DNA of 61,278 nucleotides, counting the filler, from Stramenopiles sp. TOSAG23-6 (lineage: Eukaryota), in NCBI GenBank assembly GCA_900128565.1. It is 19 parts of 19 records of this genome, joined end to end, with 100 filler letters (N's around TTAATTAATTAA, not from the genome) between each part and the next. Parts side by side here need not be neighbours in the genome. Positions count along the whole stretch, not along the records: positions 22,721 to 25,859 come from LT637643.1; positions 25,960 to 29,096 come from LT637644.1; positions 29,197 to 32,333 come from LT637645.1; positions 32,434 to 35,568 come from LT637646.1; positions 35,669 to 38,799 come from LT637647.1; 14 more parts are not named here. The stretch is one strand, 5' to 3'. The notes beneath the pieces are model-generated. The model had not been told where the DNA came from. It saw only the letters and a list, made by a program, of their open reading frames with translations, and did no database searches. Of the stretch, positions 23,457-35,994 are shown one piece after another (the first letter of the stretch is position 1; each line of letters opens with the position of its first letter). A program made the position numbers and the translations under genes.

Positions 23457-23887
23457 TGACGATTTGTACAGAGGTAATAGTGGTTTTTGACACCAACTCG
23501 TCTTTTGGAAGATATTTTATTATAAGATATCTATGAAAATAATATCTCTTTATAAAACAATGTTTCAAAATATATTATTTTTTCTAAAATGTAGAGTAAA
23601 CAATCATTGGCCAAAATTGGGAAAAATAAAAAACAAAANTNAGNAAAANGAAAAAAANAGATGTGAATATGGATGGAAGTAATTAACCAATGAAGAAATT
23701 TCATTGCTGATACTTGCACTCGCTCGAGGTCAAAAAAAATAAAAAAATATTGCCGTTACGCACGTGACTTGAGAGTGACTTGCGTGGCTCTTTGTTCGTT
23801 GTGTTGATATCTTTGCCATACCGAGTTTTTTTTAGATATTCATTCAGAATCATAATCAAAAAGCCACAACAAAATATTGAGAAAGTA

Positions 23888-24616
23888 ATGAAAGTTTTCA
23901 ACAATGTAATAGAGTCAACTGATCGTAAGATAAAAGCAATGCCTCAAACTTGTGCGTCGTGGGTGCGTCCCTATTCCCCAACACTTGCAAAATACATGGA
24001 CGTAGTTTTCGTGGATAGTCCAGTGACAACTTTATTCATATTCGCCTGTTTCATTGTCCAGTTTCTAAATTCAGTACCCGGAATTAATTTTGCAGTAAAC
24101 CTGTTTGCAGTACCATCACTCGATCATTTTAATGTTTTCTCTCCTCTATCATGGTTTAAGCTTCTCTTTGGACATGCAGTTGCTCACGCAAATTGGGCTC
24201 ACTTTAATGGTAACGTTGTGAATCTATTGTTAGTTATGCCAGCATGTGAGCGAGCATTTGGCGCTTCCAATATGATCCAGTTACTATTTATTGTTACATT
24301 TTCGTCAGGCTTAACCCATATGTTCTTAGGGCCAAAGAATACAGCTCAGCTTGGAGCTTCAGGAGTTGTATTTGCCATGATTTTGCTGAACTCTCTGATT
24401 GAGGTAAATAAGGATGATGGCGTTGGTGGTTCTAAACGTGGACAAATTCCTCTGACATTTGTCTGTCAATTTCTTTTCTGGATAAATAATGAAATTATTT
24501 GTCAGCTATGGTCCGAAGGGAAACACATTTCACATTTAGCTCATTTAACAGGAGCTTTTGTTGGGGTTTTTGCAGGTTACAATATGAAGCGTAAAAATGA
24601 TAAATATAATTTATAA
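23888..24616 (+). CDS. Rhomboid-family intramembrane serine protease, intronless
   Basis: H..W.HF.GN motif, catalytic LGASG, SHLAHLTG. Confidence 0.9.
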   Translation: MKVFNNVIESTDRKIKAMPQTCASWVRPYSPTLAKYMDVVFVDSPVTTLFIFACFIVQFLNSVPGINFAVNLFAVPSLDHFNVFSPLSWFKLLFGHAVAHANWAHFNGNVVNLLLVMPACERAFGASNMIQLLFIVTFSSGLTHMFLGPKNTAQLGASGVVFAMILLNSLIEVNKDDGVGGSKRGQIPLTFVCQFLFWINNEIICQLWSEGKHISHLAHLTGAFVGVFAGYNMKRKNDKYNL

Positions 24617-25026
24617 GAAGAATAAATTGAATTGAAAGTTCTACCATTACCCTATTTCATTTTTTCCGAACTCGAACTGTTTATTAAGTGTAATTTATTT
24701 TCTAAACTGTTTTTCTTTGTTACAGAATGAAATTTTTATTCATTTTAAAATTTTTTATTTCCTCTTTTGTTTTTGATTTACCCCTAACCCTAGCTAATGC
24801 ACCCAATTCGGAATTAATTGCTGAGAAATTTTTGTTTGTTTTGTTTTTCCTTCTAATTTTTATTGTGTCTTCCCTCTCATTATTATTCTATTATTACTTT
24901 GCGTGAGATTAGAATCTTAATATTGGGATACTTTCCCATATTACATACACTAGACATTGTATAATAAAACACAAAAGACTGTCCAATACAAAAGCTCATC
25001 TTCGACCCCCATTTTAGTTTTTCACA

Positions 25027-25797
25027 ATGTCTTCGTCTAGTTCGTCACCGGGTGCAAATCATTGTGAAAAGTTGCGCGTTTTATTACGAGCCAACGGTGG
25101 TTTGTTAGCTCGTTTACATTTTTTGCGACGCAATGTTGATACTGCAGATAATACTCCAAAATGTATGGTGTCAAAGGAATATAAGCCAATTGTGTCGTTT
25201 TTGGATAAAAAATTCCCCGCAATTGACGTGGAGGTGCAGTGTGCGAAACATTACCCAGTGTTTTTAAATAATGCTCAAACAATTATGGAAGAATTGGAGA
25301 CACATTATCGAACTTTATTGGATGTGATGGATTTTGGTTATGCTGCATTGAAATTCCTTCGTGAAATTTTCGACTCTCTTTGGCTTTTAAATTTTAGGTG
25401 CAACAGGCGCCTGACAGCGGATGCACTCGACCTTATGGTCGGATATTCTTCTATCCACATCTTACTTTCAGACTTAAAGCGTGCCAAATTATTAGTTTCT
25501 TTATATGGTGCCGCATATCAAGCTGTTCATAAGCAAGAAGAAAAAGAATACAGAAGTATTTGTGCATACATTAAAGAATTCACGAGACCCATTCAAAAAA
25601 TTCGTGTATGTTTTCATTTCAATGTCCAATATATTTTTTTGTACGAAATTTTGTACCTAACGATTTTTTTTACACCAAAAAAAAAAAAAATATATCTTCA
25701 CAATATATGAACAATTAAAACCTGGAGCTCATGTTTTAGGTATCGCTTTAGCAGAACTCGCTGCACCTTTGTCGGTCTGTACAGATTTTGCAAGAAT
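25027..25797 (+). CDS. NCKAP1: NCK-associated protein 1 (Nap1/Hem, WAVE complex), 5' part
   Basis: EKLRVL..GLLARL, KKFP, YRTLLDVMDF, N..LT...LDL. Intron 25606-25708 gives KIR|EQLKP. Confidence 0.85.
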
Positions 25798-25959
25798 GCA
25801 CGTTTTCATTATGAATTTCAAATTTATTTTTTTTTCGTACGAAATTTTGTACCTAACAANNNNNNNNNNNNNNNNNNNNNNNNNNNNNNNNNNNNNNNNN
25901 NNNTTAATTAATTAANNNNNNNNNNNNNNNNNNNNNNNNNNNNNNNNNNNNNNNNNNNN

Positions 25960-26029
25960 GATTTGAACCCACGCCTCTGACGAGACCACGACCTTAACGT
26001 GGCGCCTTAGACCACTCGGCCATGACTGA
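25960..26029 (-). tRNA. trnL-AAG: tRNA-Leu (anticodon AAG), 3' end cut by the contig edge
   Basis: TGGCCGAGTGGTCTAAGGC D-arm, CCACG-TTAAGGT-CGTGG anticodon arm, long variable arm, GTGGGTTCAAATC T-arm. Confidence 0.92.
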
Positions 26030-26204
26030 TATATTCGAGTTGGCAGTGTAGAATTTTATAAAGAAAGTAGATAAAAATTGACTGAATATAGAATTTACTT
26101 TTTTAAAAATTTTTTTTTTAAAATAATGTATTTGAAAAACAAAAACAAAAAAATTGAGATTCAATTTCAATGGTTTATTTAAAAAATTCTGTGATATAGT
26201 ATGA

Positions 26205-28114
26205 TTATTCTGTGATTTCAGTGGATTTTGATCCAGCAGCAAGTTGTTGATCTTCCATTTTTGTATTTACTGGAACTTCTGTGCCTGTGCCTACTTGGCA
26301 CTTGCTCAGTTTACAATTATCATTAATAACAACATTATGACAAATGATAGATTTTTGTAAGACACATCCTTCAGCAATTTTTACATTATCCATTATAATA
26401 CAATTTAGTATTTGACACTTTGATCCAACTATAATATTTTTCCCTGCAACACTATCCTTTAAAACAGATTTCTGTCCCAGATGAATATTTTCACCAACAA
26501 ATGAAGCACGAACATTTTTACTCCGACTCTGGTCATTCTCTTGATATTTTTTGGGTAATAAGTGAAACCATGAACATTCATGACTCTCCATAGGTGGAGT
26601 GAAATCAACAAATCCAAAATTTAAATCAGAGTAATGCTCAATACTATCAGCACGAGCACAGAAATACTTGGACGATGGCATTAATGTATTGTGAAAAAAT
26701 ATTTCAAAAAAAAAAAATCGTTAGGTACAAAATTTCGTATGAAAAAAATATTAAATTAGAAATTCATATAAACATACATATAGAATAACATCGAATAGGT
26801 TGATGATTAAAATTAGTCACCATGGATGAACCACTCACAAAATTTGCTGCTTCACAGGATCCAGTCACTAAAGATATATATTGGAAAATATTATAGAAAA
26901 AAAATTGTTAGGTACGGAATTTTCATACAAAAACAAAAATAATTTGAAATTGTGTAGAAAAAAAATCAATTTGAAATTGACCCTAACCCTAATGAAAACA
27001 TACATGCCGTATTAAATTTCATATATGATTGAACTACCTTAGATGGTGTAAACTGCGAACAATGTCCAGATATAGAAGAATTATTTTCAACTCTCATTCT
27101 TTCAATGAATTCTTCTGGAAGAGCTTTTATGTATTGTGAAAAAATATATTTTTTTTTTCAACAAATATTTGTCAGGTACAAAATTTTCATACAAAAAAAA
27201 ATAAAAAAAATGATGAAAACATACAAACCCCTAAATTGACGATGAACGAGATAGGGAACAAATTCCTCCTTCAACAAACGAATCTGTGGTAAATACTCAA
27301 GAAGACGGAGAGTCCAGTGTGCAAACACGTACAAATGCATATCCTCGACATCTGAGTGTATAGTCATTGAAGGCATACGTCTTAAAAGTGACTTTGGCAG
27401 CGCAAATTTTGCTTCTCTTCCGGGATCTTCAATGACACACAAAACACGACGTACGTCGTACACATCCAAATTTGAAGTCTTGCTTGTTTCTATTCCAGCT
27501 AAACCAACTATTTCGTGTACTTTCTTTTTCTTTACAGGTACAGGTGTTGCCTTTCTACCTTTCATTTTGCCTGCTGCTGCTTCACTATAGACTTTGTGCA
27601 TCATTGTCACTGCAGCACTTTGAAGTCGGTGCGCATCTACTAGCCTACATAAAACATCTTCACACACCAAATCACCAGCCATTACACAGAAATCTCCACG
27701 AATTTGATCTTTCAAAAAACGCAATACGTCGGCGGAACCTTGTGAAGCATCAACACCAATAACTTCAACCTTCAACTGGAAACAAAGAGATGTTGTATCC
27801 CTATTCGGACTATTTGTATTTTTTGCTACAGAAGTAGTAGAAATCGTCGTTGACCAAGATGAAGAATGTTGCTCAACATATGCTTGTACCGCTTTTGCGT
27901 GTGCAAACTCGACAGCAACCATAACATCTCTGAAACCTGCGCGCTCAAGGTTAGCTAGTTGATATGCTAAGAGTGGCTGATTACACACAGGTAAAAGTAC
28001 ATTTGGAATTGTTTCACTCAAAGGAGATAATACGTTTCCAATTCCAGCAGACATTAATATCGCTTGCAACGGCATCGGTCTACATGATGATAAAGTAGGC
28101 AATACAGATGTCAT
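26205..28114 (-). CDS. EIF2B3: Translation initiation factor eIF2B gamma subunit, complete (4 exons)
   Basis: LQAILMSAG..LLPVCNQPL, GSADVLR, DMHLYVF, PYLV.RQF, IRCYS, C-terminal hexapeptide beta-helix. GT-AT introns 27129-27224, 26874-27003, 26684-26777. Confidence 0.88.
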
Positions 28115-28507
28115 CACTAAGTACCTTGTCGTAGAATGGATAAGTTGACTTTGCGCTTTTTACGAATCTACTTTACTACTTGTATCTAGCTAGAGGGACT
28201 GGACTTGTTTTAGGTTTTAGACTGGTTAATTAATATCAAAGCGGTCAAAACAAGACACGTGTCAAAAAATCAATATTTTATTGTAAAAAATTGCGGATCG
28301 CGTCTCTCGAAAAAACAAAAAGAAGAATATAAATACTCTTTCCTCTGTTAAACTGAACCCGTTGTAAAACCGTGTCTGGGGAACAATACAAAAGAAATAT
28401 AAAATTACATTTGGAAGAAATATGTTATTGTCAGGACATTTTGTCTTTTATGCACTCGTAATATCTGTGTTTCCTGTTTCTTACAATATTAGACTTTTCC
28501 GATAACC

Positions 28508-29096
28508 ATGAACTCAATCGACACAAGTGGCGCTGCTGCAACAGTAAAATCCAAAATATATCCATGTTTCACGCACAGCACTGTACTTGCGCAATCAATA
28601 TGGGGAACAAGCGATTCGTCAGAGTTTATGCGCATAACACAAACTGAATGCTCTATTCATAGAAATTTTCGTATTGTTGAAATCAAAAAATGCTTGCGAA
28701 AACTACAAGAAATCTTGCCATATCATAGTATTAGCCTTCAAGGAAACAAAGTGGAGCTTGTACGCCGTCTATACTCTTTTCTCCATAATAGAAATTCAGC
28801 GTGTTCTCCAGAACCCCTGGCTAACTATCAAATATGCCCAAAGTGTAACAATACTTGTTATTATCCAGTAGGCATGTGCTCAGCTCTTCGCTGTTTTTCC
28901 TGTGGAAGTTTGATTAAAACGTTTCAAATGACTACCGTTCAAAGTAATGTACAAGCTAAAACCATTATTGTGTTGGATACAGAGACTTCGCCTTTGCCAC
29001 CGCCTTCTAAAAAACCTCGAATGGAATTTTCATGTAATTTGAAATCAAATTCTTCTAATAACCCTAACCCTTCTACAAAACCTCGAATAGAACTTT
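28508..29096 (+). CDS. Hypothetical protein with SAP-like motif and LSD1-like C4 zinc finger (truncated)
   Basis: ISLQGNKVELVRRL; CPKC....YPVG....RCFSC. Confidence 0.55.
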
Positions 29097-29216
29097 NNNN
29101 NNNNNNNNNNNNNNNNNNNNNNNNNNNNNNNNNNNNNNNNTTAATTAATTAANNNNNNNNNNNNNNNNNNNNNNNNNNNNNNNNNNNNNNNNNNNNTTTG
29201 ACGTTTTACTGCACTA

Positions 29217-30119
29217 TTAGACATTGATGAACTTGATTTTCGTTTTTTTTCCACTACTAGTACTAGTACTAGTACTACTACTACTACTGCTACTGCTNCT
29301 NCTACTACTACTACTACTATCGGATGCCATAGGTGGTACATTATCATCATCATAAATATCAAATTTTTTTAAAGCAGCAGATAGACTTGTCTCCTTTTCT
29401 TTATATAATTTTGTTAATGCTTTTAAACCACTCAAACGATTAGTTTCTTTTTTAGCATTTTTCATATTCTTTTTGATCTTTTCCACAGTCTTTTTTGCAG
29501 CTTCAACTTGTTTCCTCGCTTCCCCTAATTTTACCTTTGCTTCAATCAAATCAACCTCTAATTTGTTTAATTTATTTTCTTCTTCAATCTTTTTTTGTAA
29601 AACACCAACCGAATATTCATTGACTTTTCTCATTTGTTTTATTGTAGAAAATTCTAATGCCTTTTTATCATATTTATCTTTACATACAGTTGATAATGTA
29701 TCCAACGCATATTGTACTTTTTTGGTGACCATGCCTACAGGTATTAATGTTTTAAGACGTGACATCTGAAGAATGCATTCGTCGGATTGTGTGACCAAAT
29801 CACTCATTCGTGCAATGGCTTTAATAAGATCTGAAGGTTTCTCTGCTTGAAAGCATTTAAAATACAAAGGTTTTATATCATTTTTTTTGTCAGATTGGTT
29901 TTGTTTCCAATCGATACAATCGGTTTTCATACTATTATTCGGGTAAAGTTTTTTATCAGGCAATACTGCGTTTGTTAAAGGTGATGTATTTTTTGTCTGA
30001 AAATGTTCCTCAATAGCAGCTCGTTCATAAGTGAAACCGTCCGCTGCAACCACTGGATCTTTGTAGAGATCTCGTGTAATTGAACACATTAAGTTTTCTG
30101 GGATATCATCCATTGACAT
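29217..30119 (-). CDS. U-box E3 ligase with coiled coil and Ser-rich tail (identical copy 37877-38779, + strand)
   Basis: IPENLMCSITRDLYKDPVVAADGFTYERAAIEEH..TSPLTN..LYPN. Confidence 0.92.
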   Translation of the reverse strand: MSMDDIPENLMCSITRDLYKDPVVAADGFTYERAAIEEHFQTKNTSPLTNAVLPDKKLYPNNSMKTDCIDWKQNQSDKKNDIKPLYFKCFQAEKPSDLIKAIARMSDLVTQSDECILQMSRLKTLIPVGMVTKKVQYALDTLSTVCKDKYDKKALEFSTIKQMRKVNEYSVGVLQKKIEEENKLNKLEVDLIEAKVKLGEARKQVEAAKKTVEKIKKNMKNAKKETNRLSGLKALTKLYKEKETSLSAALKKFDIYDDDNVPPMASDSSSSSXXSSSSSSSSTSTSTSSGKKTKIKFINV

Positions 30120-30494
30120 GATCAAAAGAAAGAAAATTGATTCAATTGAATACTAGAAAAATAAATGTACTAGTCACAGTGTTCTGAGTTGGATTCTAAA
30201 AAAAGTAAAGATATATATACTACAAAAATGTGACAGTTACGTTTTTTCTTCCGTTTCGGAGATGTCAAAAGTGTTTTCGAGTGTTTGAGTCTTTTCCACT
30301 CTTTATGAAGTTTGGTACATTTTCTCACATGTCGCATTGTATTTAAATGTCTCAAAGAGTACACATCTTTCTCTATGTAATGATATCTTTATTATATTTC
30401 AAAGCATAGCATACTTTTATATTTTGAAAGAAGATAATAGAGTAATAGAGATATTCATTACAACTTGATTTCGTTTCATTATAGTCTAACCGAT

Positions 30495-32333
30495 ATGCCA
30501 CGTAAAGTAATGACACACTCACGAGGTGCTGTTATTCTTCAAAGTATGTGGCGTGGTTGGGCGACACGAAATATTGCGCTTGATGTAGTAGAGTGTGTTG
30601 ATGCGAATGGTAGAGTTATATTATTAGAAACAGATTTCTCTGCTAACAAAAACTCAAGCGATGAAGCAGTAGAGATTTTAGCGTATGAAGCAGATCCACC
30701 GTATGGTGTTCTAGGGCTTTACAACCCTCTTAGTAATCTAGTAGTGCCTATTGATGAAACATCAGTGAATATAGATGTTACTATAGAAACAAAAGAAAAA
30801 GAAAAATTAGATTTGAAAAAGTCATTCAAGAATACGTTAGAATTGAATAATGAAACAAAAAAAAATAATGAATTGAATAATGAAACAAAAAAAAATAATG
30901 AATTGAATAATGAAACGAATACAGATATATCTATTATTGGTATTATTGATAAAAGTGTATATAACAATACTATAGAAATGCCTATAGGTAAAAACATGTT
31001 GAATGATGGAAAACATACAAATTACATACAAGAAAAATACAATGAAACAAAGGAGCAATTAGGGTTAAGGTTACAGGACCAATTTGGATTGGATGAAACA
31101 AATGAAACAAATGAATTAATAGACCAATTGACCGCAGTGGAACAATCATCATTAGGGTTAGGGTCAAATTCATTTCTAGATAATTTGTTACAAGATAATG
31201 AAATTAGAGATTTGCATGAGAATCCTCAAAACTCTGCAACTATAGAAATAGAATCAAAAAAATACGTTTTTTTTTTTTCAAAATTTTTTTTTTTTTAATT
31301 TTTTTTTCAAATTTTTTTTCATACAAATTTTTATATCTAACAATTATTTGTACAACTACGAATATTTTCTCACAATATATTGTAATAATGGATGAAACAT
31401 CAACCGTATCACAAGATAGAACATCAAAAGTAGAAAAAAAAACAAAAACAATAAACAATGAAAAAACAAAAGAATTAAAAAAATCAAAATTAACAAAATT
31501 AACAAAAGATGAGAAAAAACAAATCAAATCAAAAGTCATGACAGAAACATTTCATGTTTTAGAATCAGTTTTGAATGATATTTTATTGTCTCCACGTAAA
31601 CCTGATATTGTTGAACATTTTCCTCTACCTACAACAGTACAAGAATATCGTAATGACAAAGCAAATGCTTTACTCAATGTTCAAAATAACCCTAACCCTA
31701 GACAAAATAATCAAAATAATCAAAATAATCAAAATTCAGAATTATCTCCAATCAACAAAATTGATACATTTGATGATGATAGGGTTAGGGTTTCTAATGA
31801 AATATTATCACCAATAGATCGAAAAAGTATTGATCAAAAATGTAATGAATTACTCAAAAAACATAGAAATGCATTGTATGTATGTTTTATTTTTTTTTTT
31901 GAGCCTTAAAAAAAAATCGAATTTTTTTTTTTTTTAGTTTCATACGAAATTTTGTACCTAACAAATTTTCAAAATTTTTTTTTGAAATATTTTTCCAAAA
32001 TCCAGAATGATTCTGCTATTTTTTTGCAACATAGAAATATTTTATATAATATTGATCATAAAAAAGAAATGTACAATCCTAACCCTAACCCTAGAAGAAG
32101 ACGTCGAAAACGCACGAAACCTTCAACAATTAGATTACAAATGGAAAGAAATAATAATGAACTTCAAAAAAGTTTACGTATGAAATTTGATACAAATTCT
32201 ACAAATTCAAGACAATATAACCCTAACCCTAATGAATCTAGAGAATATTATATTTCAGATAGGCAAAACAGTCATGATAGACAATATAACCCTAACCCTA
32301 ATGAATCTAGAGAATATTATATTTCAGATAGGC
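30495..32333 (+). CDS. IQ-motif low-complexity protein (exons 30495-31261, 31381-31879, 32006-; copy on - strand from 37501)
   Basis: IQ motif AVILQSMWRGWATR; frames are joined by two family introns. Confidence 0.7.
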
Positions 32334-32503
32334 NNNNNNNNNNNNNNNNNNNNNNNNNNNNNNNNNNNNNNNNNNNNTTAATTAATTAANNNNNNNNNNN
32401 NNNNNNNNNNNNNNNNNNNNNNNNNNNNNNNNNTCGAAATTTGTTAGGTACAAAATTTCGTACGAAAAAATAAATAAATTTGAAATTCATAATGAAAACG
32501 TAC

Positions 32504-34740
32504 AGGCAGTTGAAAGTAAATTTTCCACAGTATCCGTATTTCTGCATGGTGTCATAATGATTTCATTGTTCAAACGAAATTCGACACAAAGTTTAATTTG
32601 TGAATTTGGCGGTTTGGCTATTTTTCTATCAGCATAAGACACGGATGATATTTCATTTTGTTTTTTTCTATCAGCATAAGACACGGATGATATTTCATTT
32701 TGTTTTTGTTTTTGATTTTGATAAAACTTCAATGTTGAATGTTTAGTTATTCTATTTTTGTTTCCATTCGTTTTGTTGTTCATCATAGAACTTGACTGGT
32801 ATTTTGATGTATGGTTATTTGTGGTGAAAAAATATGTGTTGTAGTAAAAAAAATCATTAGACTCAAAAATTAGGTACAAAAATATTTTTACGAAAAAAAA
32901 ATTAAAAAAAAAAAAAAAATTCAATTCAATTCAATTTTGAAAACGTATTGTTTCCAGTTGCTTTGACTTTTCAATACTATCTCGCGGCAGAACACGTTTT
33001 CTTACTAAATGTGATCGAATATTGTAACATATTGCATTATCTTTTCTACATCGCACAGTACACATTTTTTTATTAGAACTCCAACGTAAAATTTTACATG
33101 CTTCCCATGTGTTGTAAAAAATATTTTGATTTATTTCGTTAGGTACAAAATTCACTATGAAAAATAATATTTTGATTTATTTTGTTAGATACAAAATTCA
33201 CTATGAAAAAAAAATAAAATCGAAATCAATGATAAAAACGCACATAATCCATCCCAAATCCCAATATAATCAGAATTACAGGTTGCGATTTCATCTGGCC
33301 AACTTTTTCTATGTATTTTGGAAAAATATTTCAAAAAAAAAATGTTTTGTTAAGTACAAAATTTCGTACGAAAAAAAATCGAATTTGAAAAAAAATAAAA
33401 CATACATCGTTTTCTAAAGCACTGATGGCAGAATACCGTTTCATATTATTTCTTTCAATATTATTATTATGCTTTATTTTTGGCAAAATAGGGCACTCAT
33501 CCTCACTATCAGTACTACTTATAATAATGTTTCGATTTGGTTTTTGCTTTTTTTTCAATTTTTGGAATTTTGTATTTTTTTGCGTTTCGATGTCCTTCAT
33601 CAATTGGATAATTTGTCCTCGAAGTAAAAGTTCGTCTGACGTGTTCGTTCCATAATTAGAATCATTAGAAATACCATTTGCTGATACTACTCCACTGGTC
33701 TTACTTCGATTTATTCTATCCATCGCAATTTGTAAAGTTTTTAAACTTTTTTCAAAATTACCCATATTTTTCAAAATTTTACCTTGGTGATAACGTAACC
33801 GAGATTCATCTAATCGAGATTTCCGCCAATCAAACAAAAATTCAGATTGTAGTCGTACTGCATTTCGACTCTGATAATCTAAATTTAAACGGTGCGCAAC
33901 GAAACATTCATCAAATTGTGCTAATGTGTTATGAAAAAATATTTCAAAAAAATTGTTAGGTACAAAATTACGTACGAAAAATAAATTCGAAATTGAAAAA
34001 AAATTAAACGTACATGCTTCACTAGAAAAACCTAATTTATATAATACTTCACCAAGCGCGGCACAACAACGCAGAAGATAACAACATCGGATTTCATACA
34101 GAGTTGCAGCCATGACATCTGATTGTATATCGCAATCCAGTTTTATCAAAAGTGCTTTAGATAGTTCGAGAGCGTTACGAGCTTTAGAATATTGCCCAGC
34201 GTTAACAAGAATGTAGCCTAAATTCAACTCTGACTGACCTGGAATACAATCAACCATAGGCTTTTCACCCATATGTAGTTTCTCTGCAAGTCGAACACTC
34301 TTTTCAGCTAATAGTTGGGCATTGGTGTGTTTGCCATAATCACTTAAAGATAAGCCGTGGTTTGTCCATAACCGCCACTGTTCCAACTGATCGCTCTGTT
34401 TCAGTTTACCAGATACTCTTTGAAAGTGTTTCCCAGCTAGATCATAATTTTCCAGCGATGAAGTGCGTTGATTTAACGACTTCTGGGCATCTGCCAAACA
34501 ACGATAAGCTCTTGCGAAATCGAGAAGCCTTAAATTTTTTTTACTTTCACTTTTGGCATGTTGAAGAGATACTTTAAGAAGCGATACTTCTTTTTGATGA
34601 TAGTTTTCAGCCTTTTTGAAGATACCCTTGTCAAAGTAAACACGACCAAGTGAATTCAAGCAATCACACTCTTTACCAATGTCGTTTTCTCGCCTGGCTT
34701 GGGAAATTTTACTCTTGAGAAAGAGAATCTTATCATCCAT
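32504..34740 (-). CDS. TONSL: Tonsoku-like (TONSL) protein: N-terminal TPRs, Tudor-like segment, UBL-like segment; 3' end missing
   Basis: ECDCLNSLG..YHQKE..ARAYRCLAD TPR start; IKLCVEFRLNNEIIMTPC..TVENL. Introns 33924-34013, 33311-33405, 33107-33243, 32817-32948. Confidence 0.65.
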
Positions 34741-34969
34741 TGGTTTCTCTTTAATTCTGTTTGTTTAATGATAAAGACAAAGGTTTTTACTTTTTAGTCG
34801 AGATCTGACAGTGTTGTTGACATGATCACACGAAACCTGACTAACCGTTGTTTTCATCCGTTAAATACTACTAGGCGGTTGTATAAAAAGAAATTCAGGC
34901 TTTTGAACAAGAGTAAAGTTTAACCAGCATTCAATCAGTACTAGTAGTCTACACAAAATTGAAAAATAA

Positions 34970-35486
34970 ATGGCATCTACCATTTCCTTAAATGGTATAT
35001 CAATAGAACCCATACTCACTGGAAATTCCATCAATGTGCATTGTCGTTGTAAACCAACTTCTAACTACAATACTAATGATGGAGCATTCCAAGTTCTTAA
35101 GCAATCTGGAGAAGACGCCAAAACAGTTCACTTTTGTGTTGATCCCACCAGCATCAAAGAAACGAAGACGTTTAAATTCAATTCATATCTTCCTCCAAAT
35201 GTAACTGAAAATAAAGTATATAACGTCGTTGCATCTGATATAATCCGGGGTGTTTTAGATGGATATAATGGTACAATCTGTGCGTATGGACAAAGTGATT
35301 CAGGGAAAAGTTATACGTTGTTAGGGAAAGACTTCGAGTCTAGTTTTAGAGGAATTATACCTCGTTCTTTAGAGGCTATATTTGCATATATTGATGAGGC
35401 AGCAGTGGATAACTGGGAGTACAAGACAACTTGCTCATACATTCAAATTTATAATGAAACCTTGTACGATTTATTGCAACCTGAAT
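34970..35486 (+). CDS. Kinesin motor domain, exon 1
   Basis: INVHCRCKP, GYNGTICAYGQSDSGKSYT, RGIIPR, SYIQIYNETLYDLL. Confidence 0.92.
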
Positions 35487-35994
35487 GTATGTTTTACTTT
35501 TTTTCAAATTCGATTTTTTTTCGTACGAAATTTTGTACCTAACAAATTTTAGTTTTTTTTTTTTGAAANNNNNNNNNNNNNNNNNNNNNNNNNNNNNNNN
35601 NNNNNNNNNNNNTTAATTAATTAANNNNNNNNNNNNNNNNNNNNNNNNNNNNNNNNNNNNNNNNNNNNCGGGTGACAACGTACATTGTAATTATCATTTT
35701 TATTATCATTTTTATTTTTTTTTGTTAGGTCTGAAATTGTTTTTTTTTTACAAAAAAAAAAAAAAAAATTTCAAAAAAATTTTAAAAAAAAATTTTAAAA
35801 AAATTTTAAAAATTTGAAATTTTTTTTGTAAAACATGTACAATATAAAATGTACATAAAATCATCAATATTACCTAAAGTTTGTTTCAGTATAGGAAAAT
35901 CTAATGATACAGTATATTCTTTCAAGTTTTCATCAGTCACAATAATATCAATGCCTTGCCACGTATGCATCTCTCGAACTTTTTTCGTGTATAT

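Noticed and set aside
31952-32005. Recurring peptides such as [10 protein letters not shown] and FVRNFVPN as a protein domain
   Set aside because: They are translations of the intron core read through by the ORF finder.
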